The position numbers and the translations under genes are program-made. This document shows positions 1 through 13,225 of a stretch of DNA of 64,000 nucleotides, piece after piece (position 1 is the stretch's first letter; every line of letters begins with the position of its first letter). The notes beneath the pieces were generated by a model. It saw only the letters and a program-made list of their open reading frames with translations, was not told where the DNA came from and ran no database searches. Source of the stretch: Camelus dromedarius. Taxonomy: Eukaryota. The stretch covers positions 116,686,001 through 116,750,000 of the forward strand of contig NC_087436.1 in assembly GCF_036321535.1 (NCBI RefSeq). The letters run 5' to 3'.

Positions 1-754
1 ATATTCTGGTAAATCCATCGTGCCTCTCCCCTTAACCCCTTTCTCTGCCAGGGTGAAGGTGTTAGTTACAATTAAAAATCCTTCATCCCATGGACTACAA
101 TTAGTCTCCTCTGGCTTAAGCAGTTCTTCACCAAAAGGATCCGTTTGCTATGTCCAAGGTGTATAGGAATTGGAGGAGAGTCATGCTCCTGTCTAGTCGC
201 CTTGGCTCTTCTAATTCACAAGGGAAATAAGCTATGAGCTCAATAGACAGACAGCCAAGGATACACCCACTTGTGCCCTGTCACTTCCACCTCTCCCCCA
301 GATCCCACACTCGTGCCTCTCCCCTTAACCCCTTTCTCTGTAAGTGTCCTGTCCTCATATGTGTCCTCATCTCCACCCTCTTCCCCAGGCTCCAGCAGTC
401 CCTGGCCTTGGAAATAATATGCATCTGTTCTCCCACCAGCATCCTCTTATGTCTTAGAATTTTTCATTTTCAAACAATTACATTTGAATGGTCTTTCTCT
501 TATCCCCATGAGGAAGCCTCCTCTAAGGGAAAGCATGGGTTCTGGGCATGAGGTCTGATGGGTCACCAAGAAAAGGGGAGGCTCCCTTCCCACACAGGAG
601 CTGAGGGCTTAGGGAAGAAAGAATGGATACCTTGAGCCCTGGGCTGCATCTGCTTCTGCCTGGGAGGGTCTCGAAGAAAACCCGTCTCTTCCTCACTGGG
701 GCTATTTCCTCCACATCTGATTTATTCTTTTATTCAGCTGATATCACTGAACAG

Positions 755-1170
755 TATACAACAGTGAACAAAACAGATAAAGTTCCCTGTTGTAGTAATG
801 TTTATGTTCTAATGGGAGAAAAAGAAAATAAACTATGGATATAATAACCAAGTGAGGCTTATACAGAAGGTGATTTGAGCTATAAGAACAAGGAAAGGTA
901 GAGAAGGAAGAGGAGGAATGGAATTCTGAAGCTGGAGAGCACATGATGTAGCATTAAGTAGGATGGCAGGATGGGCCTCTCCCAAAGGTGACATTTGAGC
1001 AAAGACTTGAAGGATGAGGCAAGGGAGCTACCCATGCAGATACACAGCAGAAGAGAATCTTGGGCAGATGGAATAGCAGGTGCAAAGGTTGAAGATGGGA
1101 CCATGGTTGGCGTGTTTAGGGAGAAGCCAAGAGGCCAGTGTGGATGGAGCAAAGTAAGCAAGAAAGTGAT
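755..1170 (-). mobile_element. L2 LINE 3' fragment (ancient)
   Basis: acagtgaacaaaacagataaagttccctg ... ggtgacatttgagcaaagacttgaaggatgag ... gaggccagtgtggatggagc resembles the reverse complement of the L2 3' consensus. Confidence 0.75.
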
Positions 1171-1704
1171 ATCTAGATGACCTACACGACCTACATGTAT
1201 ATAAACCTTTACACAGTGTTCTTCCTAATAACAAGTGATTATTCTGAGAGTACCCCTCAACATCATGTATTCTTGTCTGAAACATCTCAGAAAGTATCCT
1301 ACTCTGTAATTTCTGGGAAAACTTGTGTATCCATCCACACACAAGAATAACCAAAACCACACCGCCTTCTCTCCTCTCTCCCTCCCTCCCTCCCTGGCCC
1401 CTGGGGTATCCTCAGACCTCTCCAGAGAAGACTAGAATTTCAGAGAAGATAGATTAATGTGATATAACTGGAAGAGAGACAAGAAGTCCTGCAATTTAAG
1501 GATTTCCAAACAAGCTGTTTCAGCAAACATTTATTATCTACTATATACCAGTAAGTAATATACTGAATTGCAGACATGATTATTTTTTGTAACACTATTA
1601 TTGCTGTGCAAGAGTCCAAACACTGGGAATACTGAAATGAACAAGAAACAGCCCCTGCCTCGAGCGAAAAAGGAAGTGCACAGAAATGCAAAAGAGACTT
1701 CCCA

Positions 1705-1950
1705 TAATATAATAAGAACTAGCATTTCCTAGCCCTGCACACATTCCAGGCAGTTTTCTGAATATTTTCTATGTGTTATTTCTCTTAACCTCTTATCAGT
1801 CCTGAGATACGTTCATATTTGCATCAATAAAGTCATAAGGAGAAAGAGAGTCTGAGAGGTTAACAAGCTTCCCTGAGTTAAAACAATCAGTAAATGGGAA
1901 AAGTGGAATTCAATCTCCATAATCTCTAACCATTTGACCCCTGAGCCTCC
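1705..1950 (-). mobile_element. MIR SINE
   Basis: Antisense MIR core: ttatttctcttaacctc ... gagagtctgagaggttaacaagcttccctgag ... ggaattcaatctcc. Confidence 0.65.
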
Positions 1951-2794
1951 TAATACAGTCTCCTGGCACATGATTAGAACTTTAACAACACACATACTTT
2001 AGTGCTGCTGGAATAGAGAGGCACTGCCATTCACTCTCCCTCTGTGGAGTAACCAGAAAGTCACCAAAAGCTGCAGGACAGTGGGGCTTTGGGTTTACAC
2101 GTGGGAAAAGAACACTCCTGTGGAGGAAACACATGCAGAGAAAATGGAAAACACAAGGAGCGCAGCTGAACTAGCAGGAATTGGGGCAAAAGGAAGGTCA
2201 GAGCCACGTTGTAAGATCCTAGTGAATCCTGTTTAGGAGCTTGGGTTTTTTACCAGGGATAAGCAAAATCTATCCTGATAAATGGATGATTTTATTCATT
2301 CTTTGACACGGAATTGGTGAATTACTCACATTTCTCACTCTATGTCTCCCTTATCTTATTTCCCAGACTGTCAGAGGCTAATAATTTGGCACTCAGCTCA
2401 AAAAAAAAAAAAAAAAAAAAACTCTTCTTAGGTAGTCAATAAGCAGTTATAAAATTAGTGACATATATATTCATATTTTTATGCCAAGCCATAGGGCAGG
2501 CCTTCGAGATAGAGTGGGCACTTATCAATGTTGGTTCATTGGTTGTTTGATTGTTTGATTGGCTGGGTGGTTGGTTGAGTTGGTAGTGAACTTGGTTGAT
2601 GACATATGTAAAAAAATTACTGTGAGCTCCCTGAATTCAGAGGTCATGTCATGCCCATTCTTCCACTTCCCTGGTGATTAGTACCATGTCTCATATAGAG
2701 TTGGTCTCAATAATTACTGTTTAAATGAAGGGTGAGATGAACAAGGAAATAAAAATGGTTATAAACAAATGCATGGATGAGCATATAAATATCT

Positions 2795-5700
2795 TCATTA
2801 TTGTAGCTATGTAAGTCTTGTAATTGGGTAAACTGATTCCTACATTTTTTCTCTCAAAAATTATTTTGGCTACTCTAATTCCTTTGTCTTCTCCTACAAA
2901 CCTGAGGATAATCTTACCTATAAATACAAAAAAATCTTGTTGAGATCTTGATAGTAATTGTGTTATACCCAGCTATCAAGTTGAAGAGAACTGAGGTCTT
3001 CACCTCTTTGAGTTTTCCAATCCATGAACAAAGTAGGTATCTATTTAATTGTCTTTTTTTTAGTCAACATTTGTGGTTTTTAACATACAAATTCTGTACA
3101 TGCTTTCTTAAATTTACGCCTAAGCTTTCTTTTATTTTTCATAATGATTGTAAAGGGTATTTTAATTTTGTTGTCTATGTGTCATTGCTCATATATTACA
3201 TACAATTAATTTTTTTAATGTTTATCTTTTATGCTGAGACCCTGCTGAAGTTAGTTCTTATTTCTACGAGGTTTTTGGTAGATTCTTCAGATTTTCTATA
3301 TAAACAATCTTATCATCTACACATGGGGACAGTTTTATTTTTTCCTCTCTCATCTGGATGACTTTCATTTCCTTTTCTTGCCTTCTGAACTGGCTAGAAA
3401 TTCCAGCACTATGTTGAATATGAGTAGTGAAAGCTGATATGCTTGCTCTGTTCCTGATTCTGAGGAGAAAACAAACATTCATTCTTTAACTGTCAAATAC
3501 ACTGTTAGCTGTGGGGTTTTTGTAGGTGCTCTTTATCAAGTTGGGATTTACCCCTCTATTCCTATTTTTCAGAGGGATTTCATACAGTGTAAGTGTTGAA
3601 TTTTGTCAAATGCCTTTTCTGCATCAACTGATAGGATCATGTTTTTTTCTCTAGCCTGTTAATACAGTGGATTGTGTGGTTGATTTTTAAATATTGAATC
3701 AGCATTGTAACCCCAAGACAAAGTAAACTCCAATCTGTCATGACATACAATTCAGTTTAGATACTGCTGAATTCCATTTGCTAATATTTTATTAAGGATT
3801 TTTGCATTTATATTCACAAGGGATATTTGTCTGTAGATTTTGTTTTGTTTTGTTTTGTACTGTCTTTGTCTAGTTTTGGTATCGAGGTCATACTAGGGTC
3901 ATAAAATGAATTAGAAAGTTTTTCACCTCTTCTATTTTTGGAAGAGATTGTGTGGAATTGATGTTAATTGGTCTTTAATTTATGATGGGGTTCAGAGGAA
4001 CCATCTGGGCCTAGAGATTTCTCTTTTTTAGAATAATTACAAATTAAATTTCCTTACAAGTTACAAGGCAGTTCAAATGATCTATTTCATATTGTGTGAG
4101 TAGTGGTATTTTGGATTTTTTGAGAAATTGATCTATTTTATCTTGGTTGTCAAATCCACGTGTCAAATAATATTCTTTTATTACCATTTTTACATCTTCA
4201 GAGTCTGTAGTGCATTCTCTCTCTCCTTCCCAATACTGGTAATTTATATCTTCTCTCTCTCTGTTTTTTTGTTTGTTTGTTTCTTTGTTTGTTAGTCTTT
4301 CTAGAAGTTTATAAACTTTACTGATCTTTTAAAAGAAACAGTTCCTTATTTTATTCATTTTCTCTAATGTTTTTTGGTTTTAATTTCATTGATTTCTGCT
4401 CTTATTATTTTCTTTCTTCTGCTTCCTTTGGGTTCATTTTGTTCTTTTGAGTTTGTTTGTTTGTTTCTTAATGCAGGAACTTAGATTATTGATCTGAGAT
4501 TTTTCTTTATTTATAATATATGCAGTTAGTGCTGTAAATTTTCCTTTTGGCATTTTTTTTAGCCATGCTCTACAAATGTCTATATATTTTACTGTTATTT
4601 TCATTCAGCTCAATGTATTTTTTTTATCTACCTCCAGATCTCCTCTTTGACCCATGAATTATTTAGAAGTGTGTTATTTAGCTTTCAAGAATTTGGAGAT
4701 TTTCCTGTTGTCTTTGTTGGCCATTTCCAGTTAATTCCACATTGGTCAGAGATTTCATACGTTATGATTTAAATTATTTTAAATTTGTTTTGGTTTGTTT
4801 CATGGCAGGATATGGTCTATTTTAATACATGTTTCATGGCACATTAAAAGAATGTGTACTCTGTGATTGTTGGGCTTTTTATAAATTGCTAATTAGATCT
4901 TCTTAATTGATGGTGCTGTCAGGCTCTTCCATACCCCTGATGGTTTTCTGTCTGGTTGTTCTATTAATTGTTGAGAGAGGAGTATTGAAGTTTCCAAGTA
5001 TAACTGAGGATTTGCCTATTTCTCCTTTCAATTTTTTTCAATTTTTGGTTCACATATTTTTCAGCTCTGTTTTTTTGGTGCATACATAGATAGAATTGCT
5101 ATGTTTTCTTGGTGGGCAGGATTTTTTTTTTTAATCATATAATGCTCTTTCCTTTGATTAACATTGCAAATTAATTAAAATTAAAAGATTACCATCTTTA
5201 TCCATCATTTTACTCATTATATTTGAAATGAGTTTCTTTTAGACAGCACGTAGTTGGGCCATGTTTTTTAATCCACTCTGCCAATATCTGTCCAGATTAT
5301 ATGTAAATCTGACTATTTACATTTAATGAATTATTTATATGTTAGGATTTAAAGCTGTCATTTTATTTTTGCCTTCTATTTGTTCTTTCTGTTTGCATTT
5401 CTGTCTTCTTTTTCCTATCTTCCTGTGGGTTTTTTTAGAATTACATTTTGATTTATCTATAGTATATTTGAGCATCTATGTTGAATAGCTTTTTAAACGA
5501 TTGCTTTAGGTATTAACATTATACATACAAAACTGATAGTTTATTGGATTTGTCCTTTTACCAATTCAAGTAAAATGTCAAAACCTTACCTTACTTTACA
5601 ACCCTCTACCCTTCCTATTTTAATTGTCTTATGTACTTCCTGCACATGTATTTGAAACCACACAGTGTTATAATTTTTGCTTCAGCAATCAAATATAATT

Positions 5701-7571
5701 GATTTAGAGCAGGAGGAAAGTACATGCTGCTTATCCATAAGCTTACTGTGTTCTTTTGCTCTTCTGATGTTCCAAATTTTCTTCTTTCAGCATTTCCTTT
5801 CTGTTTAGAGAGCTTCCTTTAGCCACATTCAGGGTAGGTATGCTGGTGACAAATTCTCTCAGTTTTTCTTCATCTAAAATTGTATTGATCTCCCCTTCAT
5901 TCCTGAAGTAAGGTAATATGTAATTTCTCTCCTGCTACTTTCAGGATATTTTAGTTGCCTTTAGTTTTCAGAAGTTTGACACTGATGAGTCTTGGTGTGG
6001 ATTTCTTTGGTTTATCCTGTTTGGAATTTATTCAGCTTCTTGAATATATAGATTTATGGCTTTTATAAAATTGGGAAGTTGTCAGTAATCATTTCTTTGA
6101 CTTTTTTTTCAACCCTACCCTTTTTCGTCTCTTTTTCTGGGACTCCCATAACACACGTGTTGGATCTTTTGTCACACCCACAGGCCTCTGAGGCTCCCTT
6201 CGAGGGACTGGGGCAGGGGGCAGTGCAGGGATGTTCGTCTATTTTTAGTCCATGTTTTTCAGATCGGGTAATTTCACTGCTCTACTTCTAGTTCACTGAT
6301 TCTTTCCTCCTTCCCTTCCATTCTGCTATTGAGTCCTTCCATCCATTTTTTTATTACTGTTATTGTGTTTTTACTTTTTTACTTGGTTCTTCTTTATGTC
6401 TTCTATTTCTTTGCTAAGACTTTGCATTTCTTTGCTTAGATTCTCATTTTTTAAAATGTGTTTCCATCATGTTCTTAATTACTCATTGAAGCATTTTTGT
6501 GATGGCTCTTTAAAATCTTTGTCAAATGATTCTAATATCTTTGTTCATCTGGCTGTTGGCAACTACTGACTGTCTTTTTCTCATAAACCAGAGCATTCTG
6601 ACTCTTGGCATAATAAGTGATTTTTAATTAAAACTTTATATTTTTGGTATTAAGAATCTAGATCTTATTTCAAACTTATGTTGTAACTGGCCTCCTCTGA
6701 CACCACTCTGAGAAGAGTAGGGAAGGTGATGCATCCTTAATCCCAGGAGTAGTGTGGAGGTAGAAAGTTAGATACCCGCCGTGGACTCATGGTACCCAAG
6801 GAAGGGTGCCCCTTGTTATTGCTGGAAGGAGGGGAGACCTCCTCCCCACCAGGGCTCACTCAGACCTCCTTGTTTGGGGGGTTGAAGTGTCTCATTATGA
6901 CCCCCCATCAGTTCTCCTGTGACACCACCCCAGCGTGTGTGTAGGGGGAATAAATCATTACTGCCCAATCCGTTTGGAAGCCCAGTTACTCCACATGGTC
7001 TCCACAGGCACTGTGATGGAGAGGGGCTCATTACTGCCTGGCAGGGGTGAAAATTCCAGCTTCCTACTTGGCCTCCTCTGACACCACTCCAGCAGAGGGA
7101 TCGGGCCACCTGGGAGGGTGGAAGTCTAGGCTCCTCACTCAGCCTTAGCTGGTGTTGGTGGGCCAGATTTTTCTATGGTGTTTGGCTGTAACAAAGTAGT
7201 ATGTTCTAGAAGTTTTTTCTGTCTTGCTAGTATACCATTTTCTTAATCCTCAGGGTAGAGAGGGTAGGCTTTTGCTAAAGTTTTTTTTTTTCTGTCACTA
7301 CTATTATTTTTTATGTGTGCCTGTTGGCATTTCTGAGTAGTTGGCTTCTTCAGCTCCAAGTTTGAGATATGTGAAGCAGAAAGCAAACTCAGGGAATACA
7401 TTATCTTGTTTTTCTTTGGATGTAGAGGTCCCTAGCCAGTTTGTCATCTTCCCCACCATGTTTCATAATTTTCTTATGTGTTTCTTAAAGTAGTACCTAG
7501 GGTGTTTAGTTCCACTTAGTGGAAAGAATAGGTCAAAGTACATCTGCTCCATCTTCCCAGAAGCAGAAGTC
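2795..7571 (-). mobile_element. Ancient L1 (L1M-type) with 5'UTR, ORF1 and most of ORF2; 3' end missing
   Basis: T-rich antisense ORF2 relics (ORF 3264-3482 includes QMREEKIKLSPCVDDKIVYIENLK, a degenerate RT motif). ORF1-like region ~5800-6600, GC-richer 5'UTR ~6680-7570. The terminus reads gacttctgcttctgggaagatgg on the minus strand, like an L1M 5' end. Confidence 0.85.
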
Positions 7572-8352
7572 TTGAGGTGTTTCTCAGTGTTCTCCCATGA
7601 AATACAAAACTGATTATATACGTGTCTTCAACCGAGATATTTATGTATTTTTATTAACCTATTTACTTATCTTCATCAGAATTCTAAACCTAAAAGCCCC
7701 CCTCTCTGCAAAAAAAGGGGGGTTGGAATAAAAGAGGAGAAAAACCAAGTTACAGAATTTTTCCTGAGCTGGTGACTACTAATGTTGCCACTTATAAAGA
7801 AGAAAACTCTTGAGAATTAATTCAGATAGAAACTGCTTATTTTTTAATATTGCTGAACCCTCGATTCTATGGCACTCACTCAGAAATCTCAATTTTAAAA
7901 ATAATCTTGCATGCTCAACTTTTGGTTAGCTATCATTAAAAACTTCCCTACCTTTTTACACAGTAGAGACTCAGAGACTCAGGAAAATAATTCATCTCTT
8001 CTTGATGACTCAGGTCCTAATTCAAGCTGCTAGGAAAGCCTTGCTTTCTGTCTGCCAGGCAACTGCAAACTCTTAATGCACTTTTCTGTAGGAGCCATTC
8101 CTGTATCCCTAATTCCTGCTCCTAAAGTTCTAGGGATTGCAAATGAGATAACCATGCCTGATAGAGTTGTGGGTAGACTAAAAGTCAGATGCTTTGGCTA
8201 AGGACGCAGGTTCTCACCTACTACACAACAAGCAAGGAATTTGACTCATGATAGGTCTCATAATAATTTTAGTGTCCCTGAAGAAATGTAAACTTTAATT
8301 CAATATTCTTGATTATACTCTGGGTGGCTGAGATTGCCAAACAAGCAGAAGT

Positions 8353-8474
8353 TAAAAAAGAGAAGAAGAAAAAGAAAAAGAAGGAGGGAGGGAAGGAAGG
8401 AAGGAGGAAAGGAAGGAAGGAAGGGAGGGAGGAGGGAAGGAAGGAAGGAAAGGAGAAAGGAAGCAAGGAAGAGA
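8353..8474 (+). repeat. Polypurine (GAA/GGAA/GGGA) microsatellite
   Basis: Directly visible ~120-nt run that is almost entirely A/G. Confidence 0.95.
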
Positions 8475-8781
8475 AACTGTTATTTGGACAATGGTGGGTA
8501 TGCTGTTATCCTGTTGGAAATAAATTTGTGGAGTGCTGTTATGAATCAGATAGAACACTGGATCCATTATAGATACTATTATTTTGAATATGTCCTACTT
8601 TAGCTGGCAAGTTAAGTGAATTAATTGCCTGAGGTTACACACCTTGCAGGCAAAGTAGCTGGATTAAATCCAGTTCTGCTCTTACCCCGTCCATGATGAT
8701 GGTGTTGGGGTGGGAGTCACAGGTCTAGTTAAGCACACAGACGATAAAGCCCATGCTAAATATAGCACAGCTATCTAAAAG

Positions 8782-8880
8782 AGTGCTTCTCAAACTCCAG
8801 TGGGCACAAGGATTCCAATTCAGTAGGTCTAAGAACAGGGCTTGTGGTCTGTCACCATTCCAGGTGCCATGTTGATTCTG
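8782..8880. mobile_element. MER5-type hAT-Charlie fragment
   Basis: agtgcttctcaaact ... attcagtaggtct ... ttccaggtg. Confidence 0.5.
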
Positions 8881-10749
8881 AGCTCACATGACTCCACGCC
8901 AGCTCCTCCTTGCTCATGGCACTCATTCTGTCTCTGGAAAACAATCCTCACACCTCTTTTTCACAGAGAAATTGTGGAGTGCAGGATATCCAACACAGCC
9001 AACAGTGCCCCACTCCACCGACTTCACCCATGTGCAGCTGATCAGTTTATCTCCAACTCTTTAGATTTGTCAGAGGAGACTCAGATTCCAGAACACGGTG
9101 ACCACTCCTCCCTCATGTCCCTCTGCAGGGGACTTTGCAAAATTCTCTGAATGGTCCTACTGAGGACCACCCTTCACTGGGCTTATGGTGAGAAGCAGGC
9201 ACCTCCTCTCCTCCCTGAGGTGGAAGGGTCTCACCATACAGCAATATACTTTTCAAAAATGCATATTTAAAAAAGTTCTCCGTACTCCACTCTGCTACCC
9301 TGTTCATATCCTGGACAAGAGTAAGACATTGAACTAGCTTTTTGATCATCTACTTTGAGCTTTCTGCATATGATCTAGCACCTCTTTTGGAATGAGATAG
9401 CCACTGTCTCCTGGTGCCTCAGCCAACATTCTGTTAAATATGCTCATAGACCTCCAGAATCCCCAAGAATATTTCTGAAATTCCTTCCAACTTCAAATCT
9501 TCTTTTCATGTGGCAGATCACAGGACTAGTTTGGAACACTTCTTATAAATACTTCAATAGAATTCTGGCATTGGGCAGGACTTTAGAAATAATCTATTTC
9601 AATCCCTTCCTTTAGTGGAAGAGATGATCTGGGGCCCAGAATATTAATTGGTAAGCAAAGTCACCCAGGTTCTGGGTGGGGGAACCGGAACAAGGCCAGT
9701 TGCCCTGACTGGCAGACACTGCCATTAGAAAGCCAGGAGAGAGACAGAGTCTTCAATAGTTGAAATTGAAAAGAAGAAGGATAATGAAAATATCTTCCCT
9801 CTTTTAAGTGGAACTAACCCAGGCTATCAAAACAAAAGGCTTGGTGGAAAAAATTGAGCATTGTGAATTTCCAAAATGCTCTGTTCCAGTGTTTTCTGAG
9901 ATATTTTGTTTTATGGATTAATGTATACTTTTTATATCTCCAAATTATTTGGCACTATTCTTTGGGGAAGGATGTTCTGTGACCCACCAATATTAGTCTG
10001 GAAGGGCTTCTGTGAGATTAAAGACCAAAGTTAGAGAGAACTTGTTTTGCTAAGAGAAACCAGTGATTCTTACACATGTTGCACGCCAGGTCCCACGTGG
10101 CGTTAAAGATACTCCCGAGCCCAAAGCCCATACTGTTGGTGCCACAAATCAGTTAAGGGCATGGATGCTTTAGTGTTCCAGACCACCAGCTTACACCTTT
10201 AGAGAGAGATGGGTATGTGGGCTACAAATTCTCAATCTGTTATACTGGTCTAGAGATTTTCCTCTTTGTTGAGGGGTTGGAACCCTCACACCTTGACCTG
10301 GAATCCACTCAAGAGAGCAAATCAGACCCTTGGGCTATAAATATCACTCATCTTATTCTAATGGTCAAAGACCTCAGAACAGAAGCCTTCTTCCAGCATC
10401 TGGTTTCACATTCAAAGCAAATGGGGTGTCCTACCCATCTCTTCAGTGATGCTTTCTCATTATATCATTCACCTGGCTTTCATCAAGAGGGTAATACGTT
10501 TGTAATTGCTCCTCTTATTAATAAGACAGGCCCTGAGTTTGAGGAGATGACAATGTAAAGGGAGACACAGACATAACCAAGGCCAGCAGTACACCCCTCT
10601 GGCAGTAATTACCCAAAGTGTCTGGGAGACACTGAGGACGTTTGGGAGAGAGCCAAGCACTCTGCCTTTGGGGTTGAACATATTACAGATGTTCCCAAAG
10701 ATGCAGCAACATCGCTCCCTCAATCCAGAACCTTCCTCTCCAAAGCAAC

Positions 10750-10890
10750 TGCTTCCTCAGCCATAAAATGGGGACAAGGGCAGCACCTGACTCAAGGATT
10801 TGTTGTGAAGATGAAATGAGTTAATACTTTCAGATTAGCTGGAATAGGGTCCATCACATCAGCAGTGCCTGACAAACATTAGCTCTTTTT
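10750..10890 (+). mobile_element. MIR fragment
   Basis: taaaatgggga ... ttgttgtgaagatgaaatgagttaatac. Confidence 0.7.
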
Positions 10891-11011
10891 ATTAGAAAGG
10901 AAATGTGCCAATAAATAAACAGAGAGGAGGATGGCATCTTTCCATTTCTCTATGATTGTTTCTTAGCCCACTTCTTTTGCCTCTACTTTCATTTTGTGAC
11001 CAGCTTCATTT

Positions 11012-11252
11012 TTGCTCCCATACTGGAATTAGTGTCTGTATAAGAAGAGGAAGAAACCAAAGTGCTCTCTCTCTGCCACGTGAGCACATGTGCACTGTAT
11101 ACAAGCTAAGAAGAGGGCCCTCACCAAGAACTGAGTTGGATGGCACCCTTGATCTTAGACTTCCAGCCTCCAGAACTATGAGAAGTAAATGTCTATTGTT
11201 TAAGCCACCCAGTTTGGGGCATTTTGTTATAGCGGCTGAAGCTGACTAAGAC
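11012..11252 (+). mobile_element. MaLR LTR (MLT1A-like), 3' portion
   Basis: cttgatcttagacttccagcctccagaactatgagaagtaaatgtctattgtttaagccacccagt ... ttgttatagcggctgaagctgactaagac. Confidence 0.85.
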
Positions 11253-11254
11253 TG

Positions 11255-11530
11255 GGTCACTTGGCAGTGTTCCAAAAGAGCTAAGAAAAATATGTAAAGG
11301 TTTCTTGAGGCCTGAGCTTGAAACAGGCAGCGCATCATTTCTGCCACATTCTATTGGCCAGACCCAGTCACAGTGCAGCCCAGACTCAAGACGGGGAAAG
11401 TCCATTCCACCTGTTGATAGGAAGAGCTAGGAAATCACCTTGCAAGGGCCCAGCTACAGGGAGGGATGAGAGTTATGGCCTTTTTTTTTTTTTTTTTTTT
11501 TTTTTGCTGTCAATATACCTATGTCACCAA
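11255..11530 (-). mobile_element. Old MaLR LTR (MLT1J/K-like), 5' portion
   Basis: catcatttctgccacattctattggccagacccagtcacag ... gcccagactcaag ... tccacctgttgataggaagagct. Confidence 0.7.
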
Positions 11531-11544
11531 ACTTAAACAACAGA

Positions 11545-11772
11545 AAATAGGAGTTTTAGAGTCAAAAAGATCCAAGTTTGAAATTAGCTGTGAAAATTAG
11601 CTTGGGAAAATGACTACTTCCTCAAGACTCCTTTTGCTTGTTTCCCCCCCTACACAATAGGGGTTGTAATCACACCAACCTCGTTGTCAGTTTGAATGGT
11701 TAAACAAGAAAACTTCCTGCGGGTGTGGTGCCAGGACGTATTTGTAATAGGCACTCAACAAACATTAGCTTT
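11545..11772 (+). mobile_element. MIR SINE
   Basis: gagttttagagtca ... agtttgaaat ... taataggcactcaacaaacattagct. Confidence 0.6.
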
Positions 11773-12469
11773 ATAAATATCCTATGTAAAGTCCCTTCTA
11801 GTAAAAACAAAACAAAAAAAATGTGTCTCAAGTGTTATATGTTGCAAATGGAAACACAGAGTCAGTATAAGTGTCAAATTCAAAACACCTGACTCCTGTC
11901 TGGTACACACCACTCGCCAGGATTAATGGAATCTTATTAATACGAAGCATACTCACTAAAACAATTAAGTGAGTACCGTTGCTTAAGCAGAGTATCCTAA
12001 TGCTGTTTTGTATGTTCATCCAAATTGGTTCATTAAGCCAGGCTTTTCAACAGACCTTATAGAAAAACCCTGGAGAGACAGCCTTATAACATAATCATAG
12101 GAGTAGACACCCTGGCATGCTGGCAGCCTCTCTTCCTTTACAAACTGTCCTCTTTCTGTGATGCTGTAAAGGCTATAAATGTCCACTCTTTAATCTCTTT
12201 CAACAGACTTAAAATATCCTTAAATATCCTGCAAAGACAATATGCTGGCTCATTCACTCCAAATCTTTCTGTACGTGGCCACCAGCACAATCACCCCAAA
12301 ATGAAAACTTAACCACATCACATGCAACCTTCCCTGGGCTCTCAGTGATCTGCTGGAGAGAAGGCAATCGGAGCCCTTCAAGATCTGGCCTCTGCCCTCC
12401 TCTACTGCTCCACAGCGCCCCCTCTGCCCCGCCGTGAGCTCACTGTATGCGGCACACGCTCTCCACACA

Positions 12470-12690
12470 CGCTAGTTAAGAGCATGGCTACATCTGAATT
12501 CTAGCTCTGCTGCTGATTAACATGTGACTTTGGACAAGTTACTTTTTTTTTTCTTTTTGCATTTAGGTCCCTCATCTATAGAATAAGGGAAAGCACAGTG
12601 TCTAAAACAAAGAGATGAGAAGATTAAAGAATTAATAGCTATGAAACTTTAAGAATAATGTCTGGAAGCAATATATATTATGCTAGCTAT
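12470..12690 (+). mobile_element. MIR SINE
   Basis: tagttaagagcatgg ... tgtgactttggacaagttactt ... cctcatctatagaataagg. Confidence 0.7.
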
Positions 12691-12899
12691 CTGACTATTT
12701 CCCAATATGATAGTCATGAAATGATGCAGAAATGTATTTCTGCTTCCAGATGTAAAAGCCCAGTGGACAGAAAGATGAAACAGCAGCAGAAAGTGGCACA
12801 GACACACACAGGATTTGAGCCTGGGGCTCTCCGACATCAGCGCTGAATACTGTCCAGTAAGCCAGGTTTCCTCCTGCTACCTCTTCTCTCGTCAGAGGG

Positions 12900-13225
12900 A
12901 ACCACCTACTCTTCTCTGGAAGAGCTAAGTCATCTTCAACTTCTGTCCCATTACCTGGAAACCCTGCACCCCATCTTGGTCCAACGAAGATCCACTTTGC
13001 CTTCAGCAATTAGCACAAGTATCATTTCCTTCCTGACCAACTTCTAACCATTTCCATACTGGTTTAAGTGACTCCCTTGGTTCAAACACACCTTGCACTT
13101 TCCCCCATCCTGACCCGTGTTGCACTGTATCGCCATCAGTCTCCACCTCTGCACTGTGAGATGCTTAAGGGTGGCAAGCAGTTCTTATTTACTCTCGTGT
13201 CCTCTAAATGAATGAATAATAAATG
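12900..13225 (+). mobile_element. L2 3' fragment
   Basis: cactgtgagatgcttaagggtggc ... taaatgaatgaat tail. Confidence 0.55.

Noticed and set aside
8269..8603. Lys/Glu/Gly/Arg-rich and Pro/Ser/Phe-rich ORFs
   Set aside because: They are translations of the purine microsatellite
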